A DNA stretch of 64,000 bases from Alphaproteobacteria bacterium. Lineage in GTDB: Bacteria > Pseudomonadota > Alphaproteobacteria > SP197. The notes beneath the pieces were generated by a model that was not told where the DNA came from, did not search any database, and saw only the letters and a list, made by a program, of their open reading frames with translations. Below, piece after piece: positions 20,364-30,614 of this stretch. The stretch spans positions 992,001 to 1,056,000 of the forward strand of contig OZ219918.1 of NCBI GenBank assembly GCA_964291415.2, in the 5' to 3' direction. Made by a program: the position numbers and the translations under genes. How positions within the stretch are numbered: position 1 is the first letter of the stretch; the number at the start of each line of letters is the position of its first letter.

Positions 20364-21790
20364 TCCGCGCACCGGACGCCATGGGGCCCGTGCACTTCGT
20401 CGGCATCGGGGGCATCGGCATGAGCGGCATCGCCGAGGTGCTGCACAACCAGGGCTATGCGGTCCAGGGGTCCGACATAACGGAAAGCGCCTCGGTGAGC
20501 CGGCTGCGCCACCTTGGCATCCCGGTGGCCATCGGCCATGCACGCGACAATGTCGGAAAGGCGAGCGTGGTTGTTGTCTCCTCGGCCATCGCCGACGACA
20601 ACGCGGAAGTCGCCGAGGCCCGGCGCGCCTGGATTCCCATCGTGCGCCGCGCCGAGATGCTGGGCGAACTGATGCGTCCGGTCATGTCGATCGCGGTCAG
20701 TGGCACGCATGGCAAGACGACCACCACATCCCTGGTGGGCTGGATGCTGGAGTGCGCCGATCTCGATCCAACGGTGATCAACGGCGGCATCGTCAACGCC
20801 TATGGCGCCAACACCCGCATGGGCAAGGGCGGCTGGATGGTGGCCGAAGCCGATGAGTCCGACGGCAGCTTCCTGCAGCTGCCGATGACCGCTGCGGTCG
20901 TGACCAACATGGATCCCGAACACCTTGAGAGTTACGGGTCGTTCGACGCCGTGCGTGAGGCCTATGCGCGCTTCATCGGCAACATCCCCTTCTACGGATT
21001 TGCCGTGCTGTGCATCGACGATGCCGACGTCCACTCACTCGTCGGACAGGTGACGGACCGCCGCGTCATCACCTACGGACTGGGCGCCCAGGCGGATGTG
21101 CGCGGGACCAGACTGCGCCTCACCGGGACCGGTTACCGCTTCGATGCCGTGCTCACTGACCGCAGGACACATGTGTCGCGATCCCTGGTCGACCTCGACC
21201 TGCCAATGTGGGGTCGCCACAACGTCACCAACGCACTCGCCGCCATCTGCGTGGCCCGGGAACTCGGTATCGACGACGACACGGTAAAGCGCGCCCTTGC
21301 CACCTTTGCCGGGGTGCGGCGGCGCTTCACACGTATCGGGGAAACGCGCGGGGTCACCATCATCGACGATTACGCCCACCATCCCGTCGAGATCGCCGCG
21401 GTCCTCCAGGCGGCCCGGGAAGTGTTCCAGGGACACGTCGTCGCTGTCGTCCAGCCCCACCGCTACACACGTCTCGCGAGTCTGTTCGACGAGTTCTGCG
21501 CCTGTTTCAACGAAGCAGACGCGGTCATCGTCGCCGATGTCTACGCCGCAGGCGAGACGCCATTGGCCGATGCCTCGCGTCAGCGCCTGGTGGAGGGACT
21601 GCGTGAACGCGGTCATCGCCAGGTCCTGTCCCTCGACCGGCCGGAGGATCTGGCGGCCATGGTGGATCGGGTGACCGTGCCTGGTGACGCGGTGATCTGC
21701 ATGGGCGCCGGGTCCATCACGCAATGGGCCGAGGCTCTCCCCGGTCAACTCGATGCGCTCAACGGCGACACGGTGAGGGAGGCGTCGTGA
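20360..21790 (+). CDS. murC: UDP-N-acetylmuramate--L-alanine ligase
   Basis: HFVGIGGIGMSG, GTHGKTTT, EADESDGS, DDYAHHP, QPHRY. Confidence 0.97.
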   Translation: MIRAPDAMGPVHFVGIGGIGMSGIAEVLHNQGYAVQGSDITESASVSRLRHLGIPVAIGHARDNVGKASVVVVSSAIADDNAEVAEARRAWIPIVRRAEMLGELMRPVMSIAVSGTHGKTTTTSLVGWMLECADLDPTVINGGIVNAYGANTRMGKGGWMVAEADESDGSFLQLPMTAAVVTNMDPEHLESYGSFDAVREAYARFIGNIPFYGFAVLCIDDADVHSLVGQVTDRRVITYGLGAQADVRGTRLRLTGTGYRFDAVLTDRRTHVSRSLVDLDLPMWGRHNVTNALAAICVARELGIDDDTVKRALATFAGVRRRFTRIGETRGVTIIDDYAHHPVEIAAVLQAAREVFQGHVVAVVQPHRYTRLASLFDEFCACFNEADAVIVADVYAAGETPLADASRQRLVEGLRERGHRQVLSLDRPEDLAAMVDRVTVPGDAVICMGAGSITQWAEALPGQLDALNGDTVREAS

Positions 21791-22713
21791 TGTCCGGGCC
21801 GGCTGCTCATGCTGCCCTGCCGGATGTCAGGGGCACTTATCGCCAGGGCGCCGATCTGTCGCGCACGACCTGGTTTGGTACAGGCGGTCGGGCAGACGTT
21901 CTCTTCCGTCCCGCAGACGAGGAAGACCTCGTGCATTTCATGGCGACGCGGCCGGCCGGACTGGCGATCACCGTGCTGGGCGTCGGCTCAAACGTCCTGG
22001 TGCGTGATCACGGGATCGCCGGGGTCACCATTCGCCTCGGCCGCGGGTTCACGGACATCACCGTGAAGGGACATGACGTGCATGCCGGGGCTGCGGCTCT
22101 CGATGGTCACGTGGCGCGTCAGGCGGCGGCCGCCGGCCTCACTGGACTCGAGTTCCTCGCCGGTGTGCCAGGCACGCTCGGCGGCGCCATTGCCATGAAT
22201 GCCGGCGCCTACGGGCGCGAGATCGCGGATGTCCTCGTCCGCGTGCGCGCCGTTGCCCCCGACGGCACCGCCCACAATCTCAACGCGGACGAGCTGGGAC
22301 ATGGTTACCGGCATTGCGAACTGGCCGGGGAGTGGATCTTCACCTCCTGCGTGCTGCGCGGTGAACCGGGAGAGAAACCGGCGATAGAGGCACGGATCCG
22401 GGAGATCCAGGACCGTCGCGCCCTGACCCAGCCAACGAAGGAGCGAACCGGCGGCAGCACGTTTCGCAACCCGCCACCACCCCAGGCCCGGGCCTGGGAA
22501 CTCATCGACAGGGCCGGGTGTCGTGGCCTGCGCCGGGGCGGGGCGATGGTGTCGGAACGACACTGCAATTTCCTCATCAACACCGGTGGCGCATCGGCAA
22601 CGGATCTCGAGACCCTGGCAGAGGATGTGCGCCGACGCGTCTGGGCCTCTCAGGGCGTGTGCCTCGAATGGGAGATCCGGTGTCTCGGGCGTCTCCCCGG
22701 AGAGGCGCCATGA
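21790..22713 (+). CDS. murB: UDP-N-acetylenolpyruvoylglucosamine reductase
   Basis: GSNVL, GVPGTLGGAIAMNAGAYG, GSTFRNP, HCNFLIN. Confidence 0.96.
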   Translation: MSGPAAHAALPDVRGTYRQGADLSRTTWFGTGGRADVLFRPADEEDLVHFMATRPAGLAITVLGVGSNVLVRDHGIAGVTIRLGRGFTDITVKGHDVHAGAAALDGHVARQAAAAGLTGLEFLAGVPGTLGGAIAMNAGAYGREIADVLVRVRAVAPDGTAHNLNADELGHGYRHCELAGEWIFTSCVLRGEPGEKPAIEARIREIQDRRALTQPTKERTGGSTFRNPPPPQARAWELIDRAGCRGLRRGGAMVSERHCNFLINTGGASATDLETLAEDVRRRVWASQGVCLEWEIRCLGRLPGEAP

Positions 22714-22768
22714 ACCGCGTCAGGCGCCCAAAGCGTGGTGCATCCCAGATGCGCCGCGGAGACTCCCC

Positions 22769-23689
22769 GTGAGTCGTCACGTTGCAGTTCTGATGGGCGG
22801 CTGGAGCGCCGAGCGCGAGGTCTCGCTCGTCACCGGCGAGCGCTGTGCCGACGCTCTCGGAGCAGGAGGCCACCGGGTTACATGCATCGATGTCGACCGC
22901 GACATCGCCCATCGCCTGAGGGCGCTCGACCCTCCGCCGGAGGTCGTGTTCAACGCGCTTCACGGGCGGTATGGCGAGGACGGGTGTGTCCAGGGCCTGC
23001 TGGAGACCATGGGATTTCCCTACACGCATTCGGGTCCGCTGGCTTCGGCCCTGGCCATGGACAAGCCGATGGCCAAGCGCTTCTTCGTGTCCGCCGGCAT
23101 TCCCTGCCCCGAGGGACGTACGGCGCATCGTACGGAGGTCGGCCGTCCTGCCGGCTGGCAGAAGCCCTTTGTCGTGAAACCGGGCTGCGAGGGATCGAGT
23201 GTCGGCGTGCGGCGTGTGCTGGCGGAGTGCAACGACGACCGGTTGTGCGACTCCGACTTTCACTATGGCGATGACGTCATGATCGAATCCTACATCCCGG
23301 GCCGCGAACTCACCGTATCCGTCCTCGGAGAGAGGGCGCTCGGTGTCACGGAAGTCCTGACCAGCGAAGGATTCTACGACTATCGCAACAAGTACACTGC
23401 AGGGCGCTCACAGCACATCCTGCCCGCACCGGTGCCGGACAAGGTTGCGACGCGGGCCATGGAGATGGCGCTTGCCGCGCACCGGCTGCTCGGCTGCCGC
23501 GCCGTATCGCGGGCGGACTTCCGCTACGACGACACCAGGGGAGAGCCCGGCGATCTCTACATTCTCGAGATCAACACCCAGCCCGGCATGACGCCGGTGT
23601 CCCTGGTCCCCGAACAGGCTGCCCATGCGGGTATCGGTTTCGAGGAGCTCGTGTGCTGGATCACGGAGCAGGCACGATGCGAAAGATGA
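22769..23689 (+). CDS. ddl: D-alanine--D-alanine ligase
   Basis: VAVLMGGWSAEREVSL, LHGRYGEDG, EGSSVG, YDY..KY, EINTQPGMT; GTG start inferred. Confidence 0.96.
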   Translation: MSRHVAVLMGGWSAEREVSLVTGERCADALGAGGHRVTCIDVDRDIAHRLRALDPPPEVVFNALHGRYGEDGCVQGLLETMGFPYTHSGPLASALAMDKPMAKRFFVSAGIPCPEGRTAHRTEVGRPAGWQKPFVVKPGCEGSSVGVRRVLAECNDDRLCDSDFHYGDDVMIESYIPGRELTVSVLGERALGVTEVLTSEGFYDYRNKYTAGRSQHILPAPVPDKVATRAMEMALAAHRLLGCRAVSRADFRYDDTRGEPGDLYILEINTQPGMTPVSLVPEQAAHAGIGFEELVCWITEQARCER

Positions 23690-24495
23690 GGCAAAGGAGC
23701 GGCTCCCTTCGTCTTTGGCGGGTGCTCGCGTGGCGGGCCGGCCCGCTCGTGCTTGTCGTCGCCCTGCTGTCTGGCGCCTGGATGACAGGCCATCTCGCGA
23801 CGGCCTGGCGCACCGTGGTCGGCACCGTGGTGGAGACCTCGATCGCGGCCGGTTTTGAAGTTCGCCACGTTCTGGTTTCAGGTCGTTTGAAGACGGACCG
23901 CCAGACACTCGTGGAGGCACTTGGAATCCGGATCGGTGAGGCGATGTTCGTGATCGACCTGGAGGCAGCGAGGGCCAGGGTGACCTCGCTCGCCTGGGTG
24001 CGCGACGCCTCCATCAGGCGGCGCATGCCCGATACCGTCGTCATCGAGCTTGTCGAGCGCCGTCCGCTGGCCATCTGGCAGCACCAGGGCGAACTCTTCG
24101 TCGTCGACTCCGTCGGCGAAGTGATCGGCGGGGCCCAGCCGGAGGATCATCCCGGGCTGTTCCTGGTGGTCGGCCCGGGGGCGCCGGCAGCCGCCGCGGA
24201 CCTTCTTGCGCTGCTCGGCCTGACCCCGGACCTGGCGCCGCGTGTCCTTGCCGCCGTGCGCATCGGCCAGCGCCGCTGGAAGCTCCATCTTGACGGCGGC
24301 ATCGACATTCACCTTCCCGAGGAAGGCATGCAGGAGGCCTGGCTGGCGCTGGCCGGCGTGGACAGGAGCAACGGACTGCTGTCCAGGGATGTCACGACCA
24401 TTGATCTGCGCCTGCCCGACCGTCTTGTGGTGCGCCTCACCGAGGAAGCAAAGGAGCGTCTCGATCATGAGATGACGGAGGGAGAAGATACATGA
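23686..24495 (+). CDS. ftsQ: Cell division protein FtsQ
   Basis: TM segment plus POTRA (WVRDASIRRRMP..VERRP.A.WQ), IDLRLPDR; lies between ddl and ftsA; start could also be 23677. Confidence 0.92.
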   Translation: MRQRSGSLRLWRVLAWRAGPLVLVVALLSGAWMTGHLATAWRTVVGTVVETSIAAGFEVRHVLVSGRLKTDRQTLVEALGIRIGEAMFVIDLEAARARVTSLAWVRDASIRRRMPDTVVIELVERRPLAIWQHQGELFVVDSVGEVIGGAQPEDHPGLFLVVGPGAPAAAADLLALLGLTPDLAPRVLAAVRIGQRRWKLHLDGGIDIHLPEEGMQEAWLALAGVDRSNGLLSRDVTTIDLRLPDRLVVRLTEEAKERLDHEMTEGEDT

Positions 24496-25724
24496 CGGGA
24501 TCGGAACTCGTCGCTGCCATTGACGTTGGCAGCAGCAAGGTCGTCTGCCTTGTTGCGCGCGACGACGAGAACGGCGGCCAGCGCGTTCTGGGCGCCGGTC
24601 AGCAGGCGTCACGCGGTGTTCTCGCCGGCACCGTGGTCAACATGGAGGCGGCGGAACACTCCGTGGCTTCGGCGGTCACCCGCGCCGAAGAGCTGGCCGG
24701 CCAGACACTGCGCCGTGTCTGGGTCAGTGTTTCCGGTGGCCAGCCACGGTCAGACACGGTCTCCGTCGACGTCAGCATCGCCGGCCATGAGGTTGGCGAT
24801 CCCGACCTGCGCAGGGTGGTCCACAAGACGCGCCAGGCGGCGCACCACCCCTCGAGAGAGCTGCTTCATGCCATTCCGGTCGGCTACGCCATCGATGGCA
24901 GCCATGGCATCCGCGACCCCAGGGGCATGGTCGGGGAGCGTCTTGGCGTCAGGGTTCACCTTGTCTCCTCGGAACGCGGGCCAGTCGCCAATCTCGAGAC
25001 CTGCATCGGCCGCTGCCATCTTGACATCGCCGGACACGCCGCCGCGGCCTGCGCCGCGTCCCTTGGCTGCCTGGTCGAGGACGAGATGGAGATGGGTGTG
25101 ACCGTCATCGACTTCGGTGGTGGAACAACCGACCTCGCGATGTTCATGGAGGGAGAGTGTGTGCATGTGGATTCCATACCCATGGGCGGCCAGCACATCA
25201 CGTCCGACATCGCAGAGGCCCTGTCGACTCCTGCGGAAACCGCCGAAAGGATCAAGACGCTTCATGGCAGCGTGGTCCGTTTCGAGAGTGACAGCCACGA
25301 GACGATCGAGATCCCGCTTATCGGTGAAAGGGACGACGTGGTGCGGGTGGTCACCCGAGCGGAGCTGACCACCGTCATTCGCCCCCGCGTCGAGCACATG
25401 CTCCAGATCCTCAAGAGCCGCCTCGGCAGCGTGAACTTTGCCCAACAGGCCAGCCGCCGTCTGGTGCTCACCGGCGGCGCATCCCAGTTTCAGGGTATGG
25501 GCGAACTGGTCGCGCACCACCTGGGTCGCCAGGTCCGTCCGGGACATCCCATCTGGCTCAAGGGTCTGGACAAGCGAACCTCGGGTCCCGCCTTCACGGC
25601 CTGTGCAGGCCTGCTGCGGTATGCGGCGCGGGGCGGTGAAATGGGACGCAGCGAATTCAGCAACTGGCACAGCAGGAGAGGTCCCTTCGACCGCCTCGGC
25701 CAGTGGCTTCGACTGGCATCGTGA
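24492..25724 (+). CDS. ftsA: Cell division protein FtsA
   Basis: [36 protein letters not shown]. Confidence 0.96.
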   Translation: MTGSELVAAIDVGSSKVVCLVARDDENGGQRVLGAGQQASRGVLAGTVVNMEAAEHSVASAVTRAEELAGQTLRRVWVSVSGGQPRSDTVSVDVSIAGHEVGDPDLRRVVHKTRQAAHHPSRELLHAIPVGYAIDGSHGIRDPRGMVGERLGVRVHLVSSERGPVANLETCIGRCHLDIAGHAAAACAASLGCLVEDEMEMGVTVIDFGGGTTDLAMFMEGECVHVDSIPMGGQHITSDIAEALSTPAETAERIKTLHGSVVRFESDSHETIEIPLIGERDDVVRVVTRAELTTVIRPRVEHMLQILKSRLGSVNFAQQASRRLVLTGGASQFQGMGELVAHHLGRQVRPGHPIWLKGLDKRTSGPAFTACAGLLRYAARGGEMGRSEFSNWHSRRGPFDRLGQWLRLAS

Positions 25725-25824
25725 TGCTGCGCATCGCCGCCGGGAACACCAACACCACTGTCGGTTCCGTTCCGGAGCCAGGGACAGGAGTGCAACACAG
25801 TATGCGGACACGGAGGAAGTAGCG

Positions 25825-27333
25825 ATGGTCATTCAACTTGGGGTACCAGAAACACACAGCATCAAGCCGCGGATCACGGTGTTTGGCATCGGCGGCGCAG
25901 GTGGGAACGCGGTCAACAACATGATCGTCAACGGTCTCTCCGGCGTCGAATTCGTCGTGGCCAACACCGATGCCCAGGCTCTCGAGCACTCCCGGGCAGA
26001 CCGCAGAATCCAGTTCGGCGCCTCTGTCACGCAGGGTCTGGGCGCCGGGTCGAGACCCGATATCGGCAAGGCTGCGGCCGAAGAGGCTCTGGAGCACATC
26101 TCCGAGCATCTCGACGGATCGCACATGGTCTTCATCACAGCCGGCATGGGCGGAGGAACCGGTACCGGTGCGGCGCCCGTCGTCGCTCGTGCCGCCCGCG
26201 AGATGGGCATGCTTGCCGTGGGCTTCGTCACCATGCCCTTCGACTTCGAGGGTCGGGAACGTCTTCGCATCGCCGAAGCCGGCGCCGAGGAACTTCAGGA
26301 GGAAGTCGACACGCTGGTGATCATTCCCAACCAGAACCTGTTTCGGGTGGCCAACGAGGCGACGACCTTCGCCGACGCCTTCCAGATGGCCGACGACGTG
26401 CTTCACACCGGTGTGCGCGGCATCACGGACCTGATGGTCCAGCCCGGGATCATCAACCTGGATTTCGCGGATGTCCGCCGGGTCATGGGTGAGCGCGGCA
26501 AGGCGATGATGGGAACCGGCGAGTCATCGGGCGAAAAACGTGCGATCGATGCGGCGGAGGCGGCTATTTCCAATCCCCTGCTTGACGAGGTCTCGATGAA
26601 GGGCGCCAGAGGTGTCCTCATCAATGTCACCGGGGGCAACGACCTGAAACTCTTCGAGGTGGATGAGGCAGCCAGGCGCATCACCCAGGAAGTTGACCCC
26701 GACGCTCACGTCATCATCGGCACCGCGCACGACGCGTCCCTCGATGGCATGATGCGGGTCTCGCTGGTTGCCACGGGGATCAACATGACCGAAGCGGTCG
26801 CCGACACTCCGGTCACGCAACGTGTCGAGCCGGCTCTTCGCGTAGCTGAGGATGTCGCCGAGCCGGAGGTGGCCGAGAAAGTCGAAACGGGGGAGCCTGA
26901 ACGCCGCGATCGCTTCACGGCCATCGAAGGCGGCAGAACCTTCGAGACGGACACGGCGGAGGAAGGCGATTCCTGGTCCTTCGCAGACCAGTCCTTCCGA
27001 GACCAGGAGGCGGTGGCGGTTGCCGGGCAGGGTGGCCTGGAACCATCCCGCATGGAGGATTTCGATGACAGAGGCACCGTTGCAACGCCGCAGGTGAGCG
27101 AGGTCGAGAATGTGCCGGTGTCGCGCAGGCCTTCTTTCATCGAGCGGATGACGGGAAGCATGCGGGGGTCGACGCAACGCAACCGGACCCATGAGACGGG
27201 GTCAGACAGCGTGAAGGCCGGGTACCACCACACGGAAGATTCCCGTGGTGGAGACGGGCGCACACTGATTCACGAATCGTTCGGCAACGACGACGACCTG
27301 AGTATTCCGTCTTTCCTGCGTCGCCGGGAGTGA
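25825..27333 (+). CDS. ftsZ: Cell division protein FtsZ (long alphaproteobacterial C-terminal linker)
   Basis: [25 protein letters not shown]-terminal LSIPSFLRR; GGAGG RBS upstream. Confidence 0.98.
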   Translation: MVIQLGVPETHSIKPRITVFGIGGAGGNAVNNMIVNGLSGVEFVVANTDAQALEHSRADRRIQFGASVTQGLGAGSRPDIGKAAAEEALEHISEHLDGSHMVFITAGMGGGTGTGAAPVVARAAREMGMLAVGFVTMPFDFEGRERLRIAEAGAEELQEEVDTLVIIPNQNLFRVANEATTFADAFQMADDVLHTGVRGITDLMVQPGIINLDFADVRRVMGERGKAMMGTGESSGEKRAIDAAEAAISNPLLDEVSMKGARGVLINVTGGNDLKLFEVDEAARRITQEVDPDAHVIIGTAHDASLDGMMRVSLVATGINMTEAVADTPVTQRVEPALRVAEDVAEPEVAEKVETGEPERRDRFTAIEGGRTFETDTAEEGDSWSFADQSFRDQEAVAVAGQGGLEPSRMEDFDDRGTVATPQVSEVENVPVSRRPSFIERMTGSMRGSTQRNRTHETGSDSVKAGYHHTEDSRGGDGRTLIHESFGNDDDLSIPSFLRRRE

Positions 27334-27340
27334 GGAAGGG

Positions 27341-27360
27341 GCCGGGGTTCGCCACCCCGG
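27341..27360 (+). terminator. GC-rich hairpin just downstream of ftsZ (possible terminator or stabiliser)
   Basis: ccgggg-ttcgcca-ccccgg stem; no U-tract, so the call is weak. Confidence 0.3.
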
Positions 27361-27500
27361 ATCCCTCAGAGGAGCGCTCACGATCTGTAACATTGCGCAA
27401 GCAAGCGTGAATTGAAGGGTCGGGCACGGCCTGATAGGTAGGCTTGTGGCGCGAGCCCCGAGCCGGGGAGTCGTCCTCCAGGAGACACCTTGGGGAGTGA

Positions 27501-28382
27501 GTGTTCTTGAAACAGCGTACCATAGCGACGCCGGCGACCTGGACGGGTATCGGTGTACACCTCGGCCGGAATGTGACCATGACCGCCCTGCCGGCATCGG
27601 TGGATCAGGGTGTGCGCTTCGTGCGTACCGATCTCATGAACGGCGCCCGCGACTTCCCCGTGCGTCACGACCGGGTCGTCAGCACGGACCACTCCACGAC
27701 ATTGGGCAATGGCAGCGGCGCGACACTGTCGACAGTCGAACATTTCATGGCGGCCCTTGCCTTCACCGGCATAGACAACCTTACGGTGGAGATCCATGGT
27801 GCCGAAGTGCCGCTCATGGATGGCAGTTCGCTGGAGTTCGTCAGGGGCATCGAGGTCGCGGGCGTTCATGAGCAGGACGCGCCGCGCAGCTACATCCGCG
27901 TCCTCAAGGAAGTCGAGGTGCGCCGTTGCGGCGGTTGGGCGCGTCTTGCGCCCCTGGATGGCCGGACCGTCTCGTGCGCCATTGACTTTCCCGACCCGGC
28001 CATCGGCTACCAGGAGGCCGCCATCACACTTGACGGCAACAGTGCGCGTTCACCGGTGGTGGCTGCCCGCACCTTTGCCACCTTGGATGACATCAGGCAG
28101 CTGAGGGAGCGGGGCCTCGCCCGGCTCGAGGCGGATGATGTCGGGGATCTCGAGTGTGTCATCGTCGTCGACGGCGACCGCGTTCTCAACCGGGGCGGCC
28201 TGCGTTCAGCCACCGAGTGCGCCGAGCACAAGGTTCTCGACGCGGTTGGCGACATGGCCCTGGCGTCGGCGCCCATTCTTGGCGCCTTCGAAGGTTATCG
28301 CTCGGGCCATGCTCTCAATGTGAAGCTTCTTACGGCGCTGTTCGCGGACCGGGCGGCCTGGGAAAGAACCCTCGGTCGCTGA
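27501..28382 (+). CDS. lpxC: UDP-3-O-acyl-GlcNAc deacetylase
   Basis: QRTI..GIGVH.G, TVEH.MAAL, EVPLMDGS, ARTF, HKVLD..GD, SGHALN. Confidence 0.93.
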   Translation: MFLKQRTIATPATWTGIGVHLGRNVTMTALPASVDQGVRFVRTDLMNGARDFPVRHDRVVSTDHSTTLGNGSGATLSTVEHFMAALAFTGIDNLTVEIHGAEVPLMDGSSLEFVRGIEVAGVHEQDAPRSYIRVLKEVEVRRCGGWARLAPLDGRTVSCAIDFPDPAIGYQEAAITLDGNSARSPVVAARTFATLDDIRQLRERGLARLEADDVGDLECVIVVDGDRVLNRGGLRSATECAEHKVLDAVGDMALASAPILGAFEGYRSGHALNVKLLTALFADRAAWERTLGR

Positions 28383-28401
28383 TGGCGTAGGGTCGCCGGG
28401 C

Positions 28402-29295
28402 TCATTTCCCTGTGACCGCGGCAGCCATGTAGTTGACGGTGCTGTCAGGCGACAGTCGCCAGCGGTTGTCGATCACGTGAAACGCAAGACCTGTGACATC
28501 GGTCAGACGGGCGCCGGAACGGCGGCACTGGCGGACCAGTTCCACGGGTCTGACGAAACGCGAGACATCGTGGGTTCCCCGCGGCACGAGACGGGCAATG
28601 TACTCCGCCGTGATCTTCGCCAGGAGAAGTGAACGCAGCGTCCGGTTGAGGGTCGAGAAGATGATGAGTCCGCCAGGTTTCACGCATCGGACGGCAGCCG
28701 TGACAAAGGTCTCGAGGCTGGACACGTGCTCGACGATTTCCAGTGCGAGAAGGGCATCGTAGCCGGGGCGCGTGAGGGCCAGGTCCTCGAGCGTTCCCTG
28801 ACGCCAGTCGATGTCAAGGCCGGAGAGCCCGGCATGCTGGCGGGCGGCGGCAATCGCTTCACCTGACGCATCAAGGCCAGTCATCGTGGCGCCGAGGCGG
28901 GCGAGCGGCTCGGTCACGAGGCCGCCGCCACATCCGGCATCGAGGATGGCCAGCCCCTCGAGGGGGCGCGGATGGTCGCCGTCGAGACCGAAATGACGGA
29001 TGAACTGGCGACGGATGTAGGAGAGGCGTACCGGATTGAGACGATGGAGCATCGCCAGGGGTCCGTTCTCGTCCCACCACCGGTCCGCGAGTTCGGAGAA
29101 GGCGCGGATCTCCGAATCGTCGACGGTGGTGTCTCCACGGATCTGCCGAAGCAGGTCCCGATAGCCGGCTTCCGGCCACCGGTAGCGTCTGCCCCGTCCC
29201 GCCGCGAATCCCTGGCGGCGCAGCAGACGGCGGACCGCGGCCGGCGTCAGGCCGAGGTCCCGGGCGAGGTCTGCCGTGCCATACCACTCGGGCAT
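28402..29295 (-). CDS. ubiG: Ubiquinone biosynthesis O-methyltransferase UbiG with N-terminal HTH-like extension
   Basis: TVDDSEI..F...A..WWD..GP..LHRLNPVR, LDAGCGGG, LEIVEHV, STLNRT, PRGTHD; about 55 extra N-terminal residues. Confidence 0.93.
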   Translation of the reverse strand: MPEWYGTADLARDLGLTPAAVRRLLRRQGFAAGRGRRYRWPEAGYRDLLRQIRGDTTVDDSEIRAFSELADRWWDENGPLAMLHRLNPVRLSYIRRQFIRHFGLDGDHPRPLEGLAILDAGCGGGLVTEPLARLGATMTGLDASGEAIAAARQHAGLSGLDIDWRQGTLEDLALTRPGYDALLALEIVEHVSSLETFVTAAVRCVKPGGLIIFSTLNRTLRSLLLAKITAEYIARLVPRGTHDVSRFVRPVELVRQCRRSGARLTDVTGLAFHVIDNRWRLSPDSTVNYMAAAVTGK

Positions 29296-29390
29296 CGTCT
29301 TGCGTCCCCTGTACCTTTGCGAGTATGTAGGCGCGGCATCGCGCCGTGAAGCCCGGATCGGTCACCGCGGCGCCTTTCCCGGGCACAGCC

Positions 29391-30614
29391 ATGTCTCTCG
29401 TCGTCCAGAAATTCGGTGGCACGTCGCTTGGCGATCCGGAGAGGATTGCCCGGGCGGCCGACCATGTGAGGGCGGCTCTCGAGCGCGGCCATCGCGTTAT
29501 CGTGGTTGTCTCGGCCATGGCTGGCGAAACGGATCGGCTCGTCGCCCTGGCGAGAACTGCCGGCGGCGACACCGGAAGCGCCGAACACGATGCCATTGTC
29601 GCCAGCGGCGAGCAGGTATCGGCCGGACTTCTCGCTCTGGCGCTGCGCGGCACCGGTGTCGCTGCGCGTTCCTTTCACGGCTGGCAGGTGCCGCTGATCA
29701 CCGATTCCACCCACTCCCGGGCGCGCGTGCTCAGCATCGGGTCTGACGCGCTTTGCGCCTGCATGGAGGCAGGCGGGGTTCCCGTCGTGACAGGATTCCA
29801 GGGTGTCACGGACGACGGTCGCATCACCACCCTGGGCCGCGGCGGATCGGACCTGAGCGCGGTGACGCTTGCCGCCAGCCTTGATGCCGAACGATGCGAC
29901 ATCTTTACCGACGTGGACGGTGTCTTCACCTGTGATCCGCGCATCGTTGCCAAGGCCCACAAGCTCGATATGATCACCTACGAGGAGATGCTTGAACTCG
30001 CGTCGCAGGGTGCGAAGGTCCTGCACACCCGCTCCGTTGCCGTGGCCATGAATCATCGTGTCCGGCTGCAGGTGCTCTCCAGCTTCACCGGGGCCCCGGG
30101 AACCATGGTTGTCGACGAGGACGAGGTCGTGGAACAGCAGGTCGTCAGCGCCATAGCCTACAGCAAGGACGATGCGAAGATCACGATGATCGGTCTGCCC
30201 GATCGCCCCGGTGTCGCCGCGGCACTTTTCGGGCCGCTGAGCGAGGCGGGCATCAATGTCGACATGATCGTCCAGAACATCTCTGCCGATGGCGAAACGA
30301 CGGACCTGACCTTCACCGTCACCAAGGGCGACCTCGGAAAGGCGCTCGATGTCCTCGCCGAGTCGAACCGTGATCTCGGCGCCAGCGACATCGTTCCTGA
30401 TTCCTCCGTGGCCAAGGTCTCGGTCGTCGGCGTCGGCATGCGCAGCCATGCCGGTGTCGCCGGCAGGATGTTCGCCGCGCTGGCGGACAGGGGCATCAAC
30501 ATCCAGCTGATCTCGACGTCCGAAATCAAGATCAGCGTTCTCATCGCGGAGGACTATCTGGAACTGGCCCTGAGATCCCTGCACGCGGCCTATGGTCTTG
30601 ACGCCGCCGTTTGA
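29391..30614 (+). CDS. lysC: Aspartate kinase
   Basis: VQKFGGTS, VVSAM, TLGRGGSD, TDVDG..T.DPR, two ACT domains, TSEIKIS. Confidence 0.97.
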   Translation: MSLVVQKFGGTSLGDPERIARAADHVRAALERGHRVIVVVSAMAGETDRLVALARTAGGDTGSAEHDAIVASGEQVSAGLLALALRGTGVAARSFHGWQVPLITDSTHSRARVLSIGSDALCACMEAGGVPVVTGFQGVTDDGRITTLGRGGSDLSAVTLAASLDAERCDIFTDVDGVFTCDPRIVAKAHKLDMITYEEMLELASQGAKVLHTRSVAVAMNHRVRLQVLSSFTGAPGTMVVDEDEVVEQQVVSAIAYSKDDAKITMIGLPDRPGVAAALFGPLSEAGINVDMIVQNISADGETTDLTFTVTKGDLGKALDVLAESNRDLGASDIVPDSSVAKVSVVGVGMRSHAGVAGRMFAALADRGINIQLISTSEIKISVLIAEDYLELALRSLHAAYGLDAAV

